DNA of 64,000 nucleotides from Blasia pusilla (GCA_050084515.1 CM114271.1:24366001-24430000); one strand, 5' to 3'. Shown: positions 42,901 through 56,757, counted from the first letter of the stretch. Notes: generated from the letters alone by a model not told the origin. Numbers and translations: made by a program.

Positions 42901-45900
42901 CCGAGTTGGTAGGAGGACAAGGCCATCTTGAAATGGCGCACATTTCGAGGAAAAGTCCTCCAACGCCATAGAAATCCATAGACCTGTAATGGAAAGGTTT
43001 CTACTCTCGATGTCACTTCAAAACCTGGTCTCATCCAAATGATCTACAACGGAAAGAGCAACAATGCACGACAATCGAGCACCCACGACGTTGATTAGGT
43101 CCTCCAAGGAATCCTAGGAAATTCTTAGTTTGAGCATTTTATGAAGAGCTCAAAAATGTAAAGAATGGAACTGATCTTACATGTTCGTTAATATAGCTCA
43201 ACATGGAACCTTTGATCGAACGCCTAGAGCGCAAGCAAACCCCAACTTCTTAAGAGATAGGACAATCCACAAAAAGATTGCTATGGGATGACGTAATCAA
43301 ATTTGAAAATTCACCTTGAGCTTGTCCTATGCCAAAACTCCAACTTTCCTTCCGCCCAGAGCTCAAACTCTCCCTCCTCCCACAATTCCAGCTCCCTTGA
43401 GAGGCTGTGGAAACTATTGCAAGCTTCGGACTTATAAAAAAGTTAATATTGTAACTATAATACACATATGTGTGGATACAATAGTACTCGCCCTCTTAGA
43501 ATGACATATGTAACTAAAAGGCACATAACCAATGCCACACAAACATTCTTATAGCCTCTTTGAACCAACAATGAAAACACGACACGAAGTATGCTCGCTT
43601 CAGATTTGATCCCATAGCAAAAGGAAAAATAGTCACATGAAATCATACATTTTTTTATATAGCTTCACGTTCTATAGCTTCTTGTTTGCATTTAGTAACC
43701 TCCCTATGTTTGGAAGATAGTCTAGATTTTATTTTCAGTTCCTCAAGAGACCCTCGTGCACATGGCATTTCCATGTAACCCTACCCTTAAATCATAATAA
43801 CCCGTCGTAGAGAATAACATTTGGAATCAGAATTTGAAAAGAAAGTGTTAGATAAAGGGCAAGAAATCTAACTTAGTCTTATGAGCTCTTCTCGATACTA
43901 ATGAATACTAATTTCTATCAACAAAATGGAAATGATGAATATACACTTTAATAGAAACTGGGATGGAAACCCATCGGGATACTAAGAAAGGGGGAACAGA
44001 GAGAGAAAAAAAAAACCGGCCCGGAGAGAATCCCAGTAGCGTTGTTTATTTATGGTTTCCCCGCTCCCAATTCCCCCCTTACCTTTTCCAAAAGTTCTTG
44101 TATGACAAGTGTGGCCACTGTGGCGAGCTCCATACTAGAACGTACGTGAACCGCTCTGGCACTGTGCGTGCTGTTAAATCGGAAGTTGAGTCCTCGATAC
44201 TAGAACGCCACGAAAAGGGATGGCGCAGTGCGCGCGGGATTACGACGGCGGGAACACCCTCTGAACCGGCCCGGCCACCTTCCCGCTCTACCGGTTTCCG
44301 AAGCACAGCACAGGAGGAAAAGGAGGAGGTTTCCTTCCCGCACACAGACAAGAAGGTGATGCCGTGGCGGAACTTGGAAGTTACACCCCGTCCATGTGCT
44401 CGATCTCTCCTTCCTTGTTTGCAAGAATCTTGCGAGTTCCGGATGGCGTTCTCATTTAGTTCGCGGCCACAAGCCCGTGCCTTGCACGTGCTTTTATGAG
44501 AGGCTCTGCCGGTTTTGAAATAAGAATAAAAAAGTGGTCTTGTACATGATGATCGATGGCCAAAAGGAAAGTCGGGGTTTGAAATTTTGACGAGTTTCGT
44601 GTTCCGTTGGTGTGAAGCTCGCTCTCGTCCTTAGCTACCTGGTGCTGTTGTTACTAGCGTCGTTTGTGCAGTTGCTGTTAGGATCTGGAGGGGTCACAGC
44701 CTAGGGATCCAAGGCGGAGGGAGTGAATTAGTGCGCGGATCCAGATTGGAACGGATGTGCGCAGGCTGGGGCCTACGTCCTTTTTACAGGGAAGTAAGGA
44801 ACAGAAAAGGTGTGCACACAGCGTTTCGAACTGGGACGGGTAGTGAACTGCTTCTCAAGGAGTCTCTCCCCCTCAGAGGTGAAGGGAACCTCTCTGTTCG
44901 GTTCGCCTCACATCAAGAGAGCGGGAGTTTGGCCGGCGGGGATGGGGGGGGGTGGGGGGGGTGGGAAAGATGATGCCCGACGGCAAACGGAGACCTACGG
45001 CGAGTCTTCGCGAAAGTTCTGGACGTCTGGGATACGTTGTCAGATGAGGGCATCTTAATCGGACTGGACAGGGACTTCATGGACTGCCGAAGTTTTATTC
45101 TCTGGAGTGATCGCCAGACTCCGTACTTCTGCACTCGAGCTTCCTGAATGGACGTGCCATCCCTGCAAGAGTTCGTTTTGTACACGCACTTGGGGTTTTG
45201 TCAGTTAAAGGTTGCTTTCCTTCACTAACAACTACAGCCACCATTTGCGGCTCATAGCTAGTCCTGGGATGGTCTTTGCGAACTGTAGGCTTGCTTCTCG
45301 TCTTGAATCGGGACGTAAAGTCTATCCAATTCCTTTTTAACGATAAACATTCTTTCGGTTCCGGCCATTATTGGAGCACACTTCTCGCCGTCAACCGGGA
45401 AAATTTTAGCACGCTTCTTGTCGTGAATCGACCCTCATGTGCAGGTAGGTACCATGTGTTGTGTACGTAGAGTTGAGTCCTGCTCTGCGTTGGGCACAAG
45501 TTCACAGACATACAACGTGTTCCAGTCGCAGTGTACGACCGAAAAAACCGTCCAAACTTTACCACTGATTGGTGTACACAAAAATATTGACGGCTCAGGG
45601 ACACACAGCTGCGCCGAAACCACAATTCAGGTTGCAAGTTGATCGTTTCGAGAGAGCTATTAAGCTTGTGAACTTCATGTAGGTTACTTTTCAATAACTC
45701 ACCTGGAATTCAGCAATCAGACGGTAAGTCTCGACGTTGTAGTGTGTGTTCCTGCCTCGAGTCATCGAGAGATTCGTTTCAAGGACGGAGGCATGATGAC
45801 TCTGTTGTTTCCCTATCCTTTTCTATTTACTCGTACACCAACGTCTCGGGAAAAGTGAGATTTCAGAGCTTTCGTTCATCCGAGACTGGTGCTCACACAT

Positions 45901-47274
45901 GATAACCGAAAGTAATCTCCGCTTTATAGTCTACGCCCCAACAAAAGACATATAGAGTGTGAGATTCACTATCAGTCAAACCTGTGTGCATCCCACAAGC
46001 TGATCCACCAGAATCATTACTTTCCATGACCTGATGTGACAAACTATGGCGCAGTGTATATATATCTTTGGCCGGTGGATGCGTTGCTCGGAAGGAGATT
46101 CAAGAAAATCCTCAAACCAACGGTGCTCACTCCCATTTGCACGCAGACACACAGCTACCATCTTAGATATTTATTGCAAAAGTTATAAAGCTAACATTTT
46201 GGTCCATCTGTGAGTCGAGAATGCATGACGATCAAGGTCTTTACGGCATCCTCTGAGACGAAAGAAATCAATTGTTTTGAACCTCATGATATTCCCGGCT
46301 AAAGTGCGTAAAACAGAATCAAGTTCCTGAACCAGAAAATTCACAAGCAAGGAATCTTCGGAGATGAAAGAAATAAGCTCATGATTTTTTATCCGTTGCT
46401 GGGGTCGCCCAGTGACGGGAAAAATATCATGAGCATTCAAAGCCTCGGAAATTGTAGCACCCGAATGACAAACATGCTTTCACCTCGCCAGGTGCACACA
46501 TGAGAAGAGCATTAAAAACGTATTATCCTGATTAGTGGGCACAGAGCAATAGAGAGTAAATCTGACTTCCATAATGCCTCAAACAATTATGTGCAGCAAC
46601 TACTTTAGAAGGCAGAACAGACTTAAGTATGGTGCCAATTGGCAAGGAGGGGTCCGAATCATTGAGAGCACCGGTAGACAAAGAAGAGTGTCTATGTGCA
46701 GGAAGCAGACATGAACATCACAGTAAAACTCAGGAAACATTGAAGTCAATGCATCTTGTGAATGCAGGTTTCGAAACGAGCACCAAAATAAGGCGATCTG
46801 ACAGACATCCGAAAAAGACCAATTTAGATGTTCTCGAACATTTTTCACTACTCTTCATTGGCTTTCTACTCATCTGCTATCTTCATCGGCATTACAAGTA
46901 CAGGGTGATTTGTCTATTTAGGTGACCTAAAGGTCTTCAGTTCAATGGACAGCAGTTATAAAAGAGAAAATTTTCTGCTGGTCACCCGGATCCTAGAGAT
47001 CCAAATGTGGGATGGCTTGATACAGGCAAACACCCGAATATTGGACTTCACTGTGGAAGTTTGAAGATACCGGGTGATCACTCACAACCATATGCACCGC
47101 CCTGTGGAGAAAAGACTGACTGCAACGAAGGAATGCTCACCACAAGGGCAGAAACTGATCCCAGTCGGTCATAATATCAAGTCAAGTGCTAGTATTATGG
47201 CTGCAAATCACATGCGACTTCAGGTGCCGAATGGATCAAAAATACAATCTGCAACAATAATACATTGGCTTCAT

Positions 47275-48948
47275 TTACTTCCCTGAATCCAGTGCACCTA
47301 AAGTGTCGTCAAGCATTCTCATCTCCTCTTGATGCAATTTGCACTGCTCTTGCAAGTGCTGCAGTCTTTGAGACATTAGACCAAGCTCAACATAACGGTG
47401 CTTTAGCCACTTCTTCTGCATCTCTTCCTTTGCTGACCTACTGGCTGCGCTGGTATGACTTGGTCCTGCAATCCCGGGTACCAAGCCCTGAAATCTCCAC
47501 AGCTCCGATGCGCCAGGAATGCCTCCAAACCTATGCTCCTCAGCTGCAAGGAACTTGGCTTTCATTTCCTCCATTACTTCCAGACAGCTGGCCTTCAGAG
47601 AATTCAAGAAGTCTACTTTCCAGGGGTTCCCATCTCCTTGAAACTCCTCCACCGTCGGTGCGCTCCCCCCACCGTGCTCGTCCCTGGACCCCTCTTCTCC
47701 TTTCTTCCCTGGTTTCTGCTTCTCATCTTTAGGAAGGTGAGGAGTGAACTCCAGCAGGGGCTTCGAAACAAATGGAGACACTACTGCGCTTTGGAACGCC
47801 TTTTTACCCTCAGTTTTTCCGAGGTTGTTGTTGTTCAACGCGCCGGTCTTCCCTTTCGCGTTTTCTTCTTCATCTTCCTCCTCTTCGGAACTGGAGTATT
47901 CATCTTCCTTCTTCGTTGGCGCCGCTGTCCCAACTGTGATTTTAGTCTGCTTACTCGGAGGTGTGGCCGCTTCGTCATCCGACTCTCCTTCCTCATCTTC
48001 CTCTTCCTCTTCGGGCAACGACGAGCTCACGGCTCGAACTCCATAATTTTCCGGCCCGGAACCCCAAACAACCTCCCAGAGTTTGTAAATTTTCTCCTCG
48101 TGTACGTTCCTGAATGGATTTGGTAGTTCCGCTTGTAACTTACCCGCCAGAACAGCATATCTCGACTTCATGCGCCTAACCTTTTCACTGAGCTGCTGCT
48201 CAGTGACTTCAAATGGTATCGCCTTTGACTGTAGCAAGGTTCGCCAGTAACTATCATTCTTGGTGTTGGCGATTTTCAATCCAGCCCTCTTGTCTTTAGA
48301 AAGCTTCGTAGCAAGCGCAATCTCCGAATCCGCTGTCCAATGCGCCACTTTCTTTACCTTCACTGGAGACTTCTCGCTTTCCCCTTTAGTTAATACAGGC
48401 TTCGCATTTCCATTCGGCGACGGTGACGATGCTTTCCGCTTCCTGTTTGCCGCCGCAGCTTTGGCAACCTCCCCTTTCACACCCGGCATGGGTTTCGCCT
48501 TCTCTACTTTCGGTGCTGGTCCTTTGCCTCCTTTCGGCGCCACTTCAGCCTTCGGTGCTTTGGTATCTGCTCTCACGGGAGATGCAGGCTTCAAAGGTTG
48601 GATGCGTGCTTTCTCCACAACCTTCGTCTCTCTCTTCTTCTTATTCGCAGGCTCCTCCGCCAAAGCTTCCTTTCCACCATTGGCATCTCTGTTCCTCTTT
48701 CCCGCAGGATTATCCAAGACATCAACCTTCCCTGCTGCACTCAAATTCCCCTCCCTCCGCACTGTCGTGAACCCTTCCCCCTCATCGTCGCTCTCCGACT
48801 CTTCCTCCTCCCCTTCCTCGGACTCCTCCTCGTCCTCGTCCTCCTGGACCTTCGGCTGCACCGGCTGCACACTGCTTCTCGTTTCCTCTTCGTCCGACTC
48901 GCTCCCGGACTCCTCACTACTCGATACTCGCTTCGACTGGCTAGACAT
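47275..48948 (-). CDS. GeBP-like: GeBP/STOREKEEPER-like (DUF573) transcription factor, 557 aa, intronless CDS
   Basis: Long intact GC-rich ORF, first ATG at 48948 (MSSQSKR). Acidic Ser/Glu N-terminus. DUF573-like core WTADSEIALA...EQQLSEKVRRMKSRY...FRNVHEEKIYKLWEVVWG. C-terminal helix KKWLKHRYVELGLMSQRLQHLQEQCKL, as in GeBP proteins. Confidence 0.88.
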   Translation of the reverse strand: MSSQSKRVSSSEESGSESDEEETRSSVQPVQPKVQEDEDEEESEEGEEEESESDDEGEGFTTVRREGNLSAAGKVDVLDNPAGKRNRDANGGKEALAEEPANKKKRETKVVEKARIQPLKPASPVRADTKAPKAEVAPKGGKGPAPKVEKAKPMPGVKGEVAKAAAANRKRKASSPSPNGNAKPVLTKGESEKSPVKVKKVAHWTADSEIALATKLSKDKRAGLKIANTKNDSYWRTLLQSKAIPFEVTEQQLSEKVRRMKSRYAVLAGKLQAELPNPFRNVHEEKIYKLWEVVWGSGPENYGVRAVSSSLPEEEEEDEEGESDDEAATPPSKQTKITVGTAAPTKKEDEYSSSEEEEDEEENAKGKTGALNNNNLGKTEGKKAFQSAVVSPFVSKPLLEFTPHLPKDEKQKPGKKGEEGSRDEHGGGSAPTVEEFQGDGNPWKVDFLNSLKASCLEVMEEMKAKFLAAEEHRFGGIPGASELWRFQGLVPGIAGPSHTSAASRSAKEEMQKKWLKHRYVELGLMSQRLQHLQEQCKLHQEEMRMLDDTLGALDSGK

Positions 48949-51096
48949 CTTCGAAGAATAGACCAACGTCCAGATATCCTACCGCGAAAATGTCCGCTCC
49001 GCTCCGCCCCAAATCACAACGACCAAGAACGCAATTGATCGCAAACAGGCGAAACGTCAGTGCATTTTTCCTTCCAACGTAGACTCTGCTCCCCGCAACC
49101 CTATCGGCCGAGGAACCACACGCGCTCCTCGTCTCTCCCCACTCCGCGAAATCACCCTCGAAACGCCCTCGCCTTCGACTTTCAAAAACCCTGGACAGAG
49201 ATCGTGACATAAGTCCCTTCCCCTTCGTGCGTGGAGCGGGGGCGCGGGTAGCGGACCTCAAGCATGGCGTCCCGAGACGTGTTTTCATCCTCGGCAGCAT
49301 TCCGTCTATCCATCCGTCCTTCCGTCCGTCCGATTGTCAGTCAGTCAGCATTTCATACGAGTTACCGTTGGCCAGAAGGGATTTATTTGGAAACCCGGCC
49401 GGGAAACTTTTAAGATTTCTGAAGCTTACCGGACCTTCTGACAATGTTCCCGGCGCTAATTTCTTTACTGAATTGTATACCCGATCAAATCTCCAGGAAA
49501 GACCCGACCGTTAGTGACGGTCGTCGCCGGAGGCCCACCCACTTGCGAAATCCTCCCGACCAGGTCGTTCCGAAAATTTCACCTCTGTCGCTACCTACTG
49601 TAGGATCTTCCCTGCGCATTCCGTCACGTTCACAGCTCCTGTGGCCGACTGTTCCGTCCCGCCCCGCCCGTTAAGGGCGCAAGGTGCTTGCAGTTACACT
49701 CTCCCGCTGGACAATCATGAACGTTCACGCCGCCAGGTACCAGAGGCGACTACGGACGGCACCCTGGAGGACCCCCTGTTTGTGTAAGGCCTGCGACCGC
49801 GCAACTACGCTGTACATGGAAATTCAGCTTTCCTTTCCTTTCCTTTCATCGAACACACTCACGTCTTGTACTCGCTACTTCGCTACTCCGCCACCGTCCC
49901 TGGCACCTGGGACGACTATTCTGTCGGTCTGCCATCAACTGCAACGGCTCTGAAAAATTTCGGGTTGGGACATGAGAATCCATCCATGTGTCGATCCGAG
50001 GCGACCGCTTCCGTTTTTGAAATGCCGAAGGCGGCTCCATTGCTTGCTTTACAGGCGGGTGGCAGTTGTGGCCCAAGGGGTCAAGGTTGTTGCCGGTCAT
50101 GTTCAGGTGGTAACCGAAGTTAGCTTGATGGATTTGCTGGCCACTCCAATCGTAGGCGGCTTGTGGGCTCCAACAAACCCACCGATGCACTTCATTTTCT
50201 TTTCCACACAAATTACGCATTCCAAATTCATTTGATTTTTGAGAGCCATTGTATGGATTAGGGAAGGGACCATGGAAGGAGGAGGACTATGGCGTAGATG
50301 GAGGGACGTCTAGAATTTTGTTTATAACTATTTCCATGATGACCCAATCTTTTCAATCTAAAACCCAATGTGTTCATCTTCTCGAGCTTGAACTTTGGGG
50401 TCTTCTTTTTTCCATTTAAGATTGAGTTTTCCAAAGTTCTTGGGATCTTTGGACCTCCTTCTCTCCTAAATGTGCTCGTAGATTCCTATACGCAATTTCA
50501 CACATAGAGTGATATTGGGTTACCATCGATTTGAGGGATTCCTGTGGCTTTTCTGGATCTTTTGATATGGGCTGGGCCCAACATTACGAAATCATTCTCT
50601 CATAGCAATCATTGGTGGGTGGCTCACTTACTCCTCACATCCTCTTTTTGGGTGTTTACAATTTCTTTCATAACTTTCTTCTGGTGTTTGGACTTGTTTC
50701 GATCATCTTGATGAGCTCGTTCTTTTCATATCAAATAGGTTTGCTAGTTGTTCTTCCTTCTCCGTAGGCGCCTATTTTTTAGTTCAGGTTTATTTTAGAT
50801 CAATTCCTCCCAAAAAATTTCCTTGTTCTTTCAACTCCTTACCTTACTATTTCGCCCCTACATACGTTTGCCATCTCCTTAAGGACATAAGAAATTCTTA
50901 TTCTTGAGCCACCTCTTCTGATACCATATAGATCACTTTTCCTATTCAATTGTTTTTTATATTTTTCTTATAATAACTTTCAATCATAAATTCAGTATTG
51001 TCTAATCTTCTTCTCTCCATCTAAATTTCTTTTGGACGGATTCCACTACTTTTGTTTTTCTAGTTATCCTCATGCTTTCTCCAAACCACGTTTCAT

Positions 51097-54000
51097 ATGT
51101 CTGCCCTTGTCTTCGATGACTTTCCTACCTTTGCTTCTATGTCATCAGAGATGGAGTTGGATTCTCCATCTACTCGCTTATCTGGTTTTACACGCCCTCC
51201 TACAACCGTAACATCTCCCCCTTGTTCACCTCCTCATCGTAGATCTCGTCATTTTCCTCCAAATGCTAATACACCCGTTACACTCGCTGCATTTCTTCCG
51301 GATTCTCTTCTTCTCCCCTCTTTATCTTGTCCTATTGAGCCTAATCTTGATCCATTATTACCAAATCCTTCTATTTTGCCATCCCCACATATCTCTCTAT
51401 GCTCTTGCTTCCAACTCCCATCTATTCTACCCGAATATCCCCTCTTCCTCCTCCTCCTTCCCCAACCTACTTAGCCCCTCATCATCATCCATCACCACCT
51501 CTTGCACCTCCCACCTCCTCTCCTTGTAACCCTTCCACTTCTCTATTTGTACCAAAGGTTCGTAGCATACCTTGTGGTAAGGAGTTTGCTCCTAATGGGA
51601 TCAAAAGACATCAGCGGTAGTGTCGATCCATGCATGGGCCTTCAATCCCTAACCCGATACCACCTCCTAATGCACTCCCCACAACAACTACTTGGACTTG
51701 GTTAAGCCAAATTGATCTCCTTCGCTCCTCCATTTAGGTCTTCCTCGTCTTAGACTCTACACTCACATTCCTATTGCTCTTCGCCCATCACCCAACAAGC
51801 TTTGCTTTTCCCATTAGAAAGGTTAGCGCGTGATCCCACAAATATCAATGCTTGGTATCTCCTATTATTCTTCCCAAAATGGATTTTAGTCCTCCCCTCC
51901 AAGGGGTGATGTGACAGGTCATCGTGAAACCTCCACACGTATTCAATGCTTTATGTCAGGGGATTGGGAGAATCTTCAGAATGAGCGTGTACTTCGAGCA
52001 GAGGCCTTAACTACGGCTCATCTGTCTTAGCATGCCAATAATGGGAGGCCATCAATACAACAACGCCTTCGAAAAAGTCTACTTTTGGGGCAGGTTGGTG
52101 AGTTTTCACGTGTAGCTTGAGCATTGGGTCCTCTTTCTCCGGCGGTTCCAAGTGCAAAAACAATGGCTCTCTTAGAAGCTCTTCACCCTCCTTCAAGTGG
52201 CCATGCTCCACCTTTTGTGGAAGAGTATACAACAGAGCTTGACTTGGAGGTTTTCACAAGGGCTTTTTTGCATATTCCTTGCTTATCAGCAAGCGGACTA
52301 TCATGGATGGTTTTTGAGCATCTTCGCGATTGCTTTATCCCGACAGATTCAACAAGTGGCTTTGTCTCTCTATATAAGGTGTGTGCATATATGGCGGCAT
52401 GCCGTCTCCCGTTCTCTATCTCTAGGCTCTTAGGGGTTTGTCGTTTGTTGGCTATGGATAAGCCTCCTTCAAGTGTGCGCCCATTGGCTATTGGAGAGGT
52501 TTTATACTGCTTGGTTAGTCGATCCCTATGCTTGCAATTTTGTCCTCACTTTAGTGCCCACTTATTTCCTCATCAATTTGGAGTGACAACTCCTAGAGGT
52601 TGTGAGGCTGTGGTGCATGGGATCCGTTCCACTCTTGATATTCATCCAGATTGGGTGGCAATTCAAGTCAATGTGGCTAACGCATTCAATTCAGTTTCTT
52701 GTGCGGCCATCTTTGAGGAGTTACGTTGTGCAGGAGGACAACTTGCGATCCTCATTCCATTTTTTTGCTCCTTCTATGCCTATGATACGCCCATTATCTA
52801 TTCTCATCCTTCCGGAGAATATAATATTCTACAATCGGCTTGTGGCCCACTCTTTGCCATTGCCCACTTTCGTGCCCTTCGAGCATCAATGCAAGCATTT
52901 CCATCTTTTCTTTTCTCTTCTATTGTTGATGACACTCATATTATAGGTCCTCCTTGTGAAGTGGTTCCTGCTTATACCCATTTTGTGGAGCAACTCTCTT
53001 TCTTAAACCTTAAAGTCCAACCTAGTAAATGTTGAGTATGGTCTCCTTCATGCCTTCCCTCAACATTCATCCCCCCTACTCCTGATTTTCCCATCTATAT
53101 TGAAGGGATTAGGGTTCTTGGGGTCCCAATACGCTTCATCGACTATGTCTCAAAGTTCTTGGATGAGGCCTTTTTGGAAGACGTAGAATGGCTTCATTTC
53201 TTACCTTATCTAGGGGATCCCCAAGTGGCTTATGGGATTCTCTCCCAATATTTTCTACGACGTCCTTCCTACCTTCTTTGCACTTGTCCTCCCACTTCAA
53301 GGTTCTTACATTAGTTGGCCTCTTTTGACGCTTCTATATTGGCAACTTTTTGTCAAATTCTTGGCCCGAATACATTTGAGGGAGAGGATGGTGTCTTTGC
53401 TTCAAGACAAGCTATCTTGCCTATTTGTTTTGGAGGAGTGGGACTTTCCTCCACAATCGCATCTGCTCCCGCAGCCTTTTTGGGGACTTGGGCGTTGGTA
53501 GCACTGATTATGGCTTCAAGGTTTCTCCAAGGAAACACACCTATCTTGATGGATCATATCGCCCATGTAGAGGAGGGGGACTTGTTATTTCAACAACAAC
53601 TGAGATATGCACGAGCTCTTCTTCCTCTTGCTACACAAGAAATTCTACCCCCTTTCAATCAATTGATTACGGAAGGGCTTCATCAACTTCAAGAGCATAT
53701 ATCCGAGAATCTGCATCAAATCAACTTTTTGAGCATTCTTTCCAAGGCATCCTCTGACGCTCATCGAGCTCGTATGCAATCATGTGCGGGTACCAGAGCG
53801 GAGGCGTGGCTTACTGCAAATCCTCTTATTCTTCCATTTTTTCTTCCTCGAAGTATATTCTCGATAACTTTGCGGTTACGTCTTGGCCTTTCCCATCCTT
53901 CTCTATTAGGTGTGCCGAATTGTATATGCGGGGATCCCATTGATGCCAAGGGTATCTATATTCTCCGCTGTGCATATGGTGGAGAACGAACGCGCACACA

Positions 54001-54589
54001 TAATGTCATTAGAGAGGCAGTAGCATCGGTAGCTTGTACTGTAGGATACACCGTTGGGCAAGAGCAACTCCATGTCCTAACTTCAACCATACAAGCAACC
54101 TCTCGTCGGAGAGTGGATCTTGTTATGTCTCGAGGTGGATTCCGGATACTAGGTGATGTGGTGGTTACTGATCCAACACGTTCTGAATTGGTATGTCAAG
54201 CCGCACATACCAAAGGTTTGGCGGCTGAAGCTACAGCAAGAATCAAGGAGTTAAGTTATAATGTGAGATATGCGACTGATGGATTTATTCCTTTTGCAGT
54301 GGAAGTATTCGGTCATTTATATGTGTCTTTTGATACTTTCCTGAAAACATGTGCTCACCACTCCCTTGAGAATCACCACCTTGCCCCTTCCCGTAGTCCT
54401 TCTCTCTCTGTAGTTACTACTTATTTTTGGCAATGCATCTCAGTGGCCTTACAACGTGCATAAGCATTGGCATTGATACGTCGTGTGGAGGTGGTGGGGG
54501 GTCGCTCGCCTCGTCGTCCATTCACGTTTGACCAACCACTCGTATTCTTGTCATATTTGTTTCACGCTATCAATCGCGTAGCTCGTTGA
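51097..54589 (+). mobile_element. CRE-like non-LTR retrotransposon (Zn finger-RT-CCHC-RLE single ORF), pseudogenised
   Basis: N-terminal Zn finger SIPCGKEFAPNGIKRHQR*C at ~51564-51623. RT motifs RPLAIGE, PHQFGV...GCEAVVH, NVANAFNSV, IVDD (the QGDP segment is deleted). C-terminus CICG...YILRC, RTHNVIR, RRVDLV...GDVVV, KELSY, FIPFAVEVFG. Terminal stop at 54589. Confidence 0.85.
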
Positions 54590-55296
54590 GTTGGTGTTTA
54601 CGTTGGCTAGTTGCCATTTTCTTTTATGCACTTTTTGACTCCTCTTTTGAGATGTTCTTACCTTTCTTTGTCCTCTTTTGAGGTTTATTTTATAATAAAG
54701 AGGATATATCACTTAAATTCATATCAAAGTTCTATTTTGATAAGCCTATTAACATGATTTAAGTGGTTAGTTTTCAAGACATGTGAAGCGTTGCATGAGC
54801 ATAATATAAATTTTTTTGGTTAACCTTAATTTATATTGCCAATTTCTCATGTTCTTTTTCCCATGGAAGATTTGTTTTTTTAAATTTCTCATTTTATCCC
54901 CTCCAAGACTGTCATACCACTCTATATGGTAGAAGTTCCCACTAATATTGACATGAAGCACATATGTTGAATTTTGATTGGAGATTCATTTGAGGTATAT
55001 CCGCACCCATGATTGTCAAATGCGATCAGGCAATCTTAAATCCTTAGACTATCAAGGAAGTCTTGTCCAAGTTTTGAATGACTTATTTATATTGGGGAGT
55101 GAAGGATCAAGTTATTATCTGACCTTGCTTAGGATTTTTTTGCGTTAGAAGTGACCCAAGATCCAGACTCAAGAGATGTGATGCTAGTTGATTGTAAACT
55201 GGACAAATATATGAGTACGTTTTGCAATTGAGTGAGTGGTCTACTAAATGCTAGCTTTCGCAACACCAATGTTCAAGAGAGTAGGTACACAATCAT

Positions 55297-56304
55297 TGTA
55301 TAAAATTTCTAAAGAAGCATAACTGGTGGGATACGACTCTCACACTCACACACCACCATGGAGAACGAAATTTTGCAATGAGATAATGAGTGGAGGCTGG
55401 TCCCTTTCTCAATTAAATAGGATATGTATAAGCTTTCCTAATCCTAATCCTAACCATAGTTAAAATAATTGCACTTAATTGACTAACCAAGATTAAGCTT
55501 CCCTACTTTGTGTGAGTACCAAATGTAGCAGTTCGAGTGTCTGATGAGCTTGACTATAACTAAGTCTTCAATACTCCCCCTTAAACTCATATCGATATCT
55601 CTAACATCTAAACCCTTTCTAAACATCTCAAACTTATTTCTAGACAATGTCTTGTAAAGATATCATCAATTTTCTGATCTGTACCTATATACACAAGATC
55701 AATTTCTCTTACAAGCGCTTTCTCTATGATAAAATGATAGTACATCTCAACATGCTTTGTTCAAACATGAAACATAGTGTTATTAATAAGTTTGATGCTA
55801 CTAATATTGTCAGCATATATTACACTAGGTCCTAAGTTACAAACACCAATCTCAACAAGTAATCAATGAAGCTACACTTCCTCACACGCTATATTGGTTG
55901 CTCCTTTGTACTCAGCCTCTGTTGAAGGAAAAGAAATACTTTTATGTTGCTTCCTTGAAGCCCAACTTACAACTGCGCTCCCTAAGGTAAATGAATAGCT
56001 AGATGTGGAGTGTCTATTAGACACGCTTCCCGGCCAAACATAATCTGTAAATCCCTATAATTGTAAACTCGATCAAGGAAGGTTCAAATTGAAGCCCCAA
56101 TGGAACGGAGAATTTCTCATACCGCATAATCCTCCTCACATCATCAAGGTAAGTTTTTCGAGATCCTTGCATAAATTGGTTCATTGGGCCAACTACGTAG
56201 CTCAAATGTAGCCTAGTTACAGTCACATAGATCAAACTTCCAACCATGCACCTATACATATTAGAATCTGCAAGCAACTCTCCTTCATCCACTCTTAGCT
56301 TCAC
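55297..56304 (-). mobile_element. Truncated copia (RT end, RNaseH, 3' LTR 55297-55573), cut by the gypsy element
   Basis: VKLRVDEGELLADSNMYRCMVGSLIY matches 39220-39300. The LTR is the reverse complement of the 39945 LTR. PPT AAGGGGGAG on the minus strand. Confidence 0.9.
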
Positions 56305-56618
56305 TGTCGTGCGCATACATATCGCTACACAATATACATCATTGTCATCGAATATACACACAAATACGCGCGATCCCATGCTAACTCATGACATCCAAAC
56401 AATGAGACAAGAAGTACCAAAATATCTCCTATCGCCCCTCTAGCTGGCGGTTAGGTCCCTCTAATTCTAGATAGCCATCTATCCCTACCTACCATGATAT
56501 ACATCTCTCGGATGCTAAGAGCAAAAAGATCGGATGCTCATATGGGCCCATCGTTAGTCGCCTTCTTGTCATCCATGTCACAGACACAAGTCAGAATCTA
56601 GAACTACCTACTCTATGT

Positions 56619-56757
56619 ACATCTGGGACACATCGATGCATCATCCCTGAGGAACCCTAGTGAGAGATGACGTCAAACATGCCATATGCCATCCCCTCAA
56701 ACATCCATCATAAACTAGCATAGTGGTTGCAACACGGGCATAACCACATAACATACA
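56619..56757 (-). pseudogene. PHD finger (C4-H-C3) at integrase C-terminus
   Basis: CMLC...MLVYDGC LRGWHMAC LTSSLTRVPQG, then a frameshift, then CPRC. One Cys has become Tyr. Confidence 0.85.

Noticed and set aside
43963-44499. 178-aa + strand ORF
   Set aside because: No recognisable domain. Expected by chance in GC-rich DNA. Cannot be excluded without RNA data.
48949-48966. ORF-track start at 48966
   Set aside because: Non-ATG start. The first ATG is at 48948.
47265-49038. Several + strand ORFs (up to 233 aa) overlapping the GeBP-like gene
   Set aside because: Antisense shadows of a GC-rich, low-complexity CDS with no recognisable domain.
49684-50235. Short overlapping ORFs upstream of the gene
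   Set aside because: No recognisable motif in any frame. Could be promoter or ncRNA, but unsupported.
56305-56610. Exact 3' LTR and PPT of the DNMT gypsy element
   Set aside because: The 5' LTR is outside the window, so the inner boundary cannot be defined.
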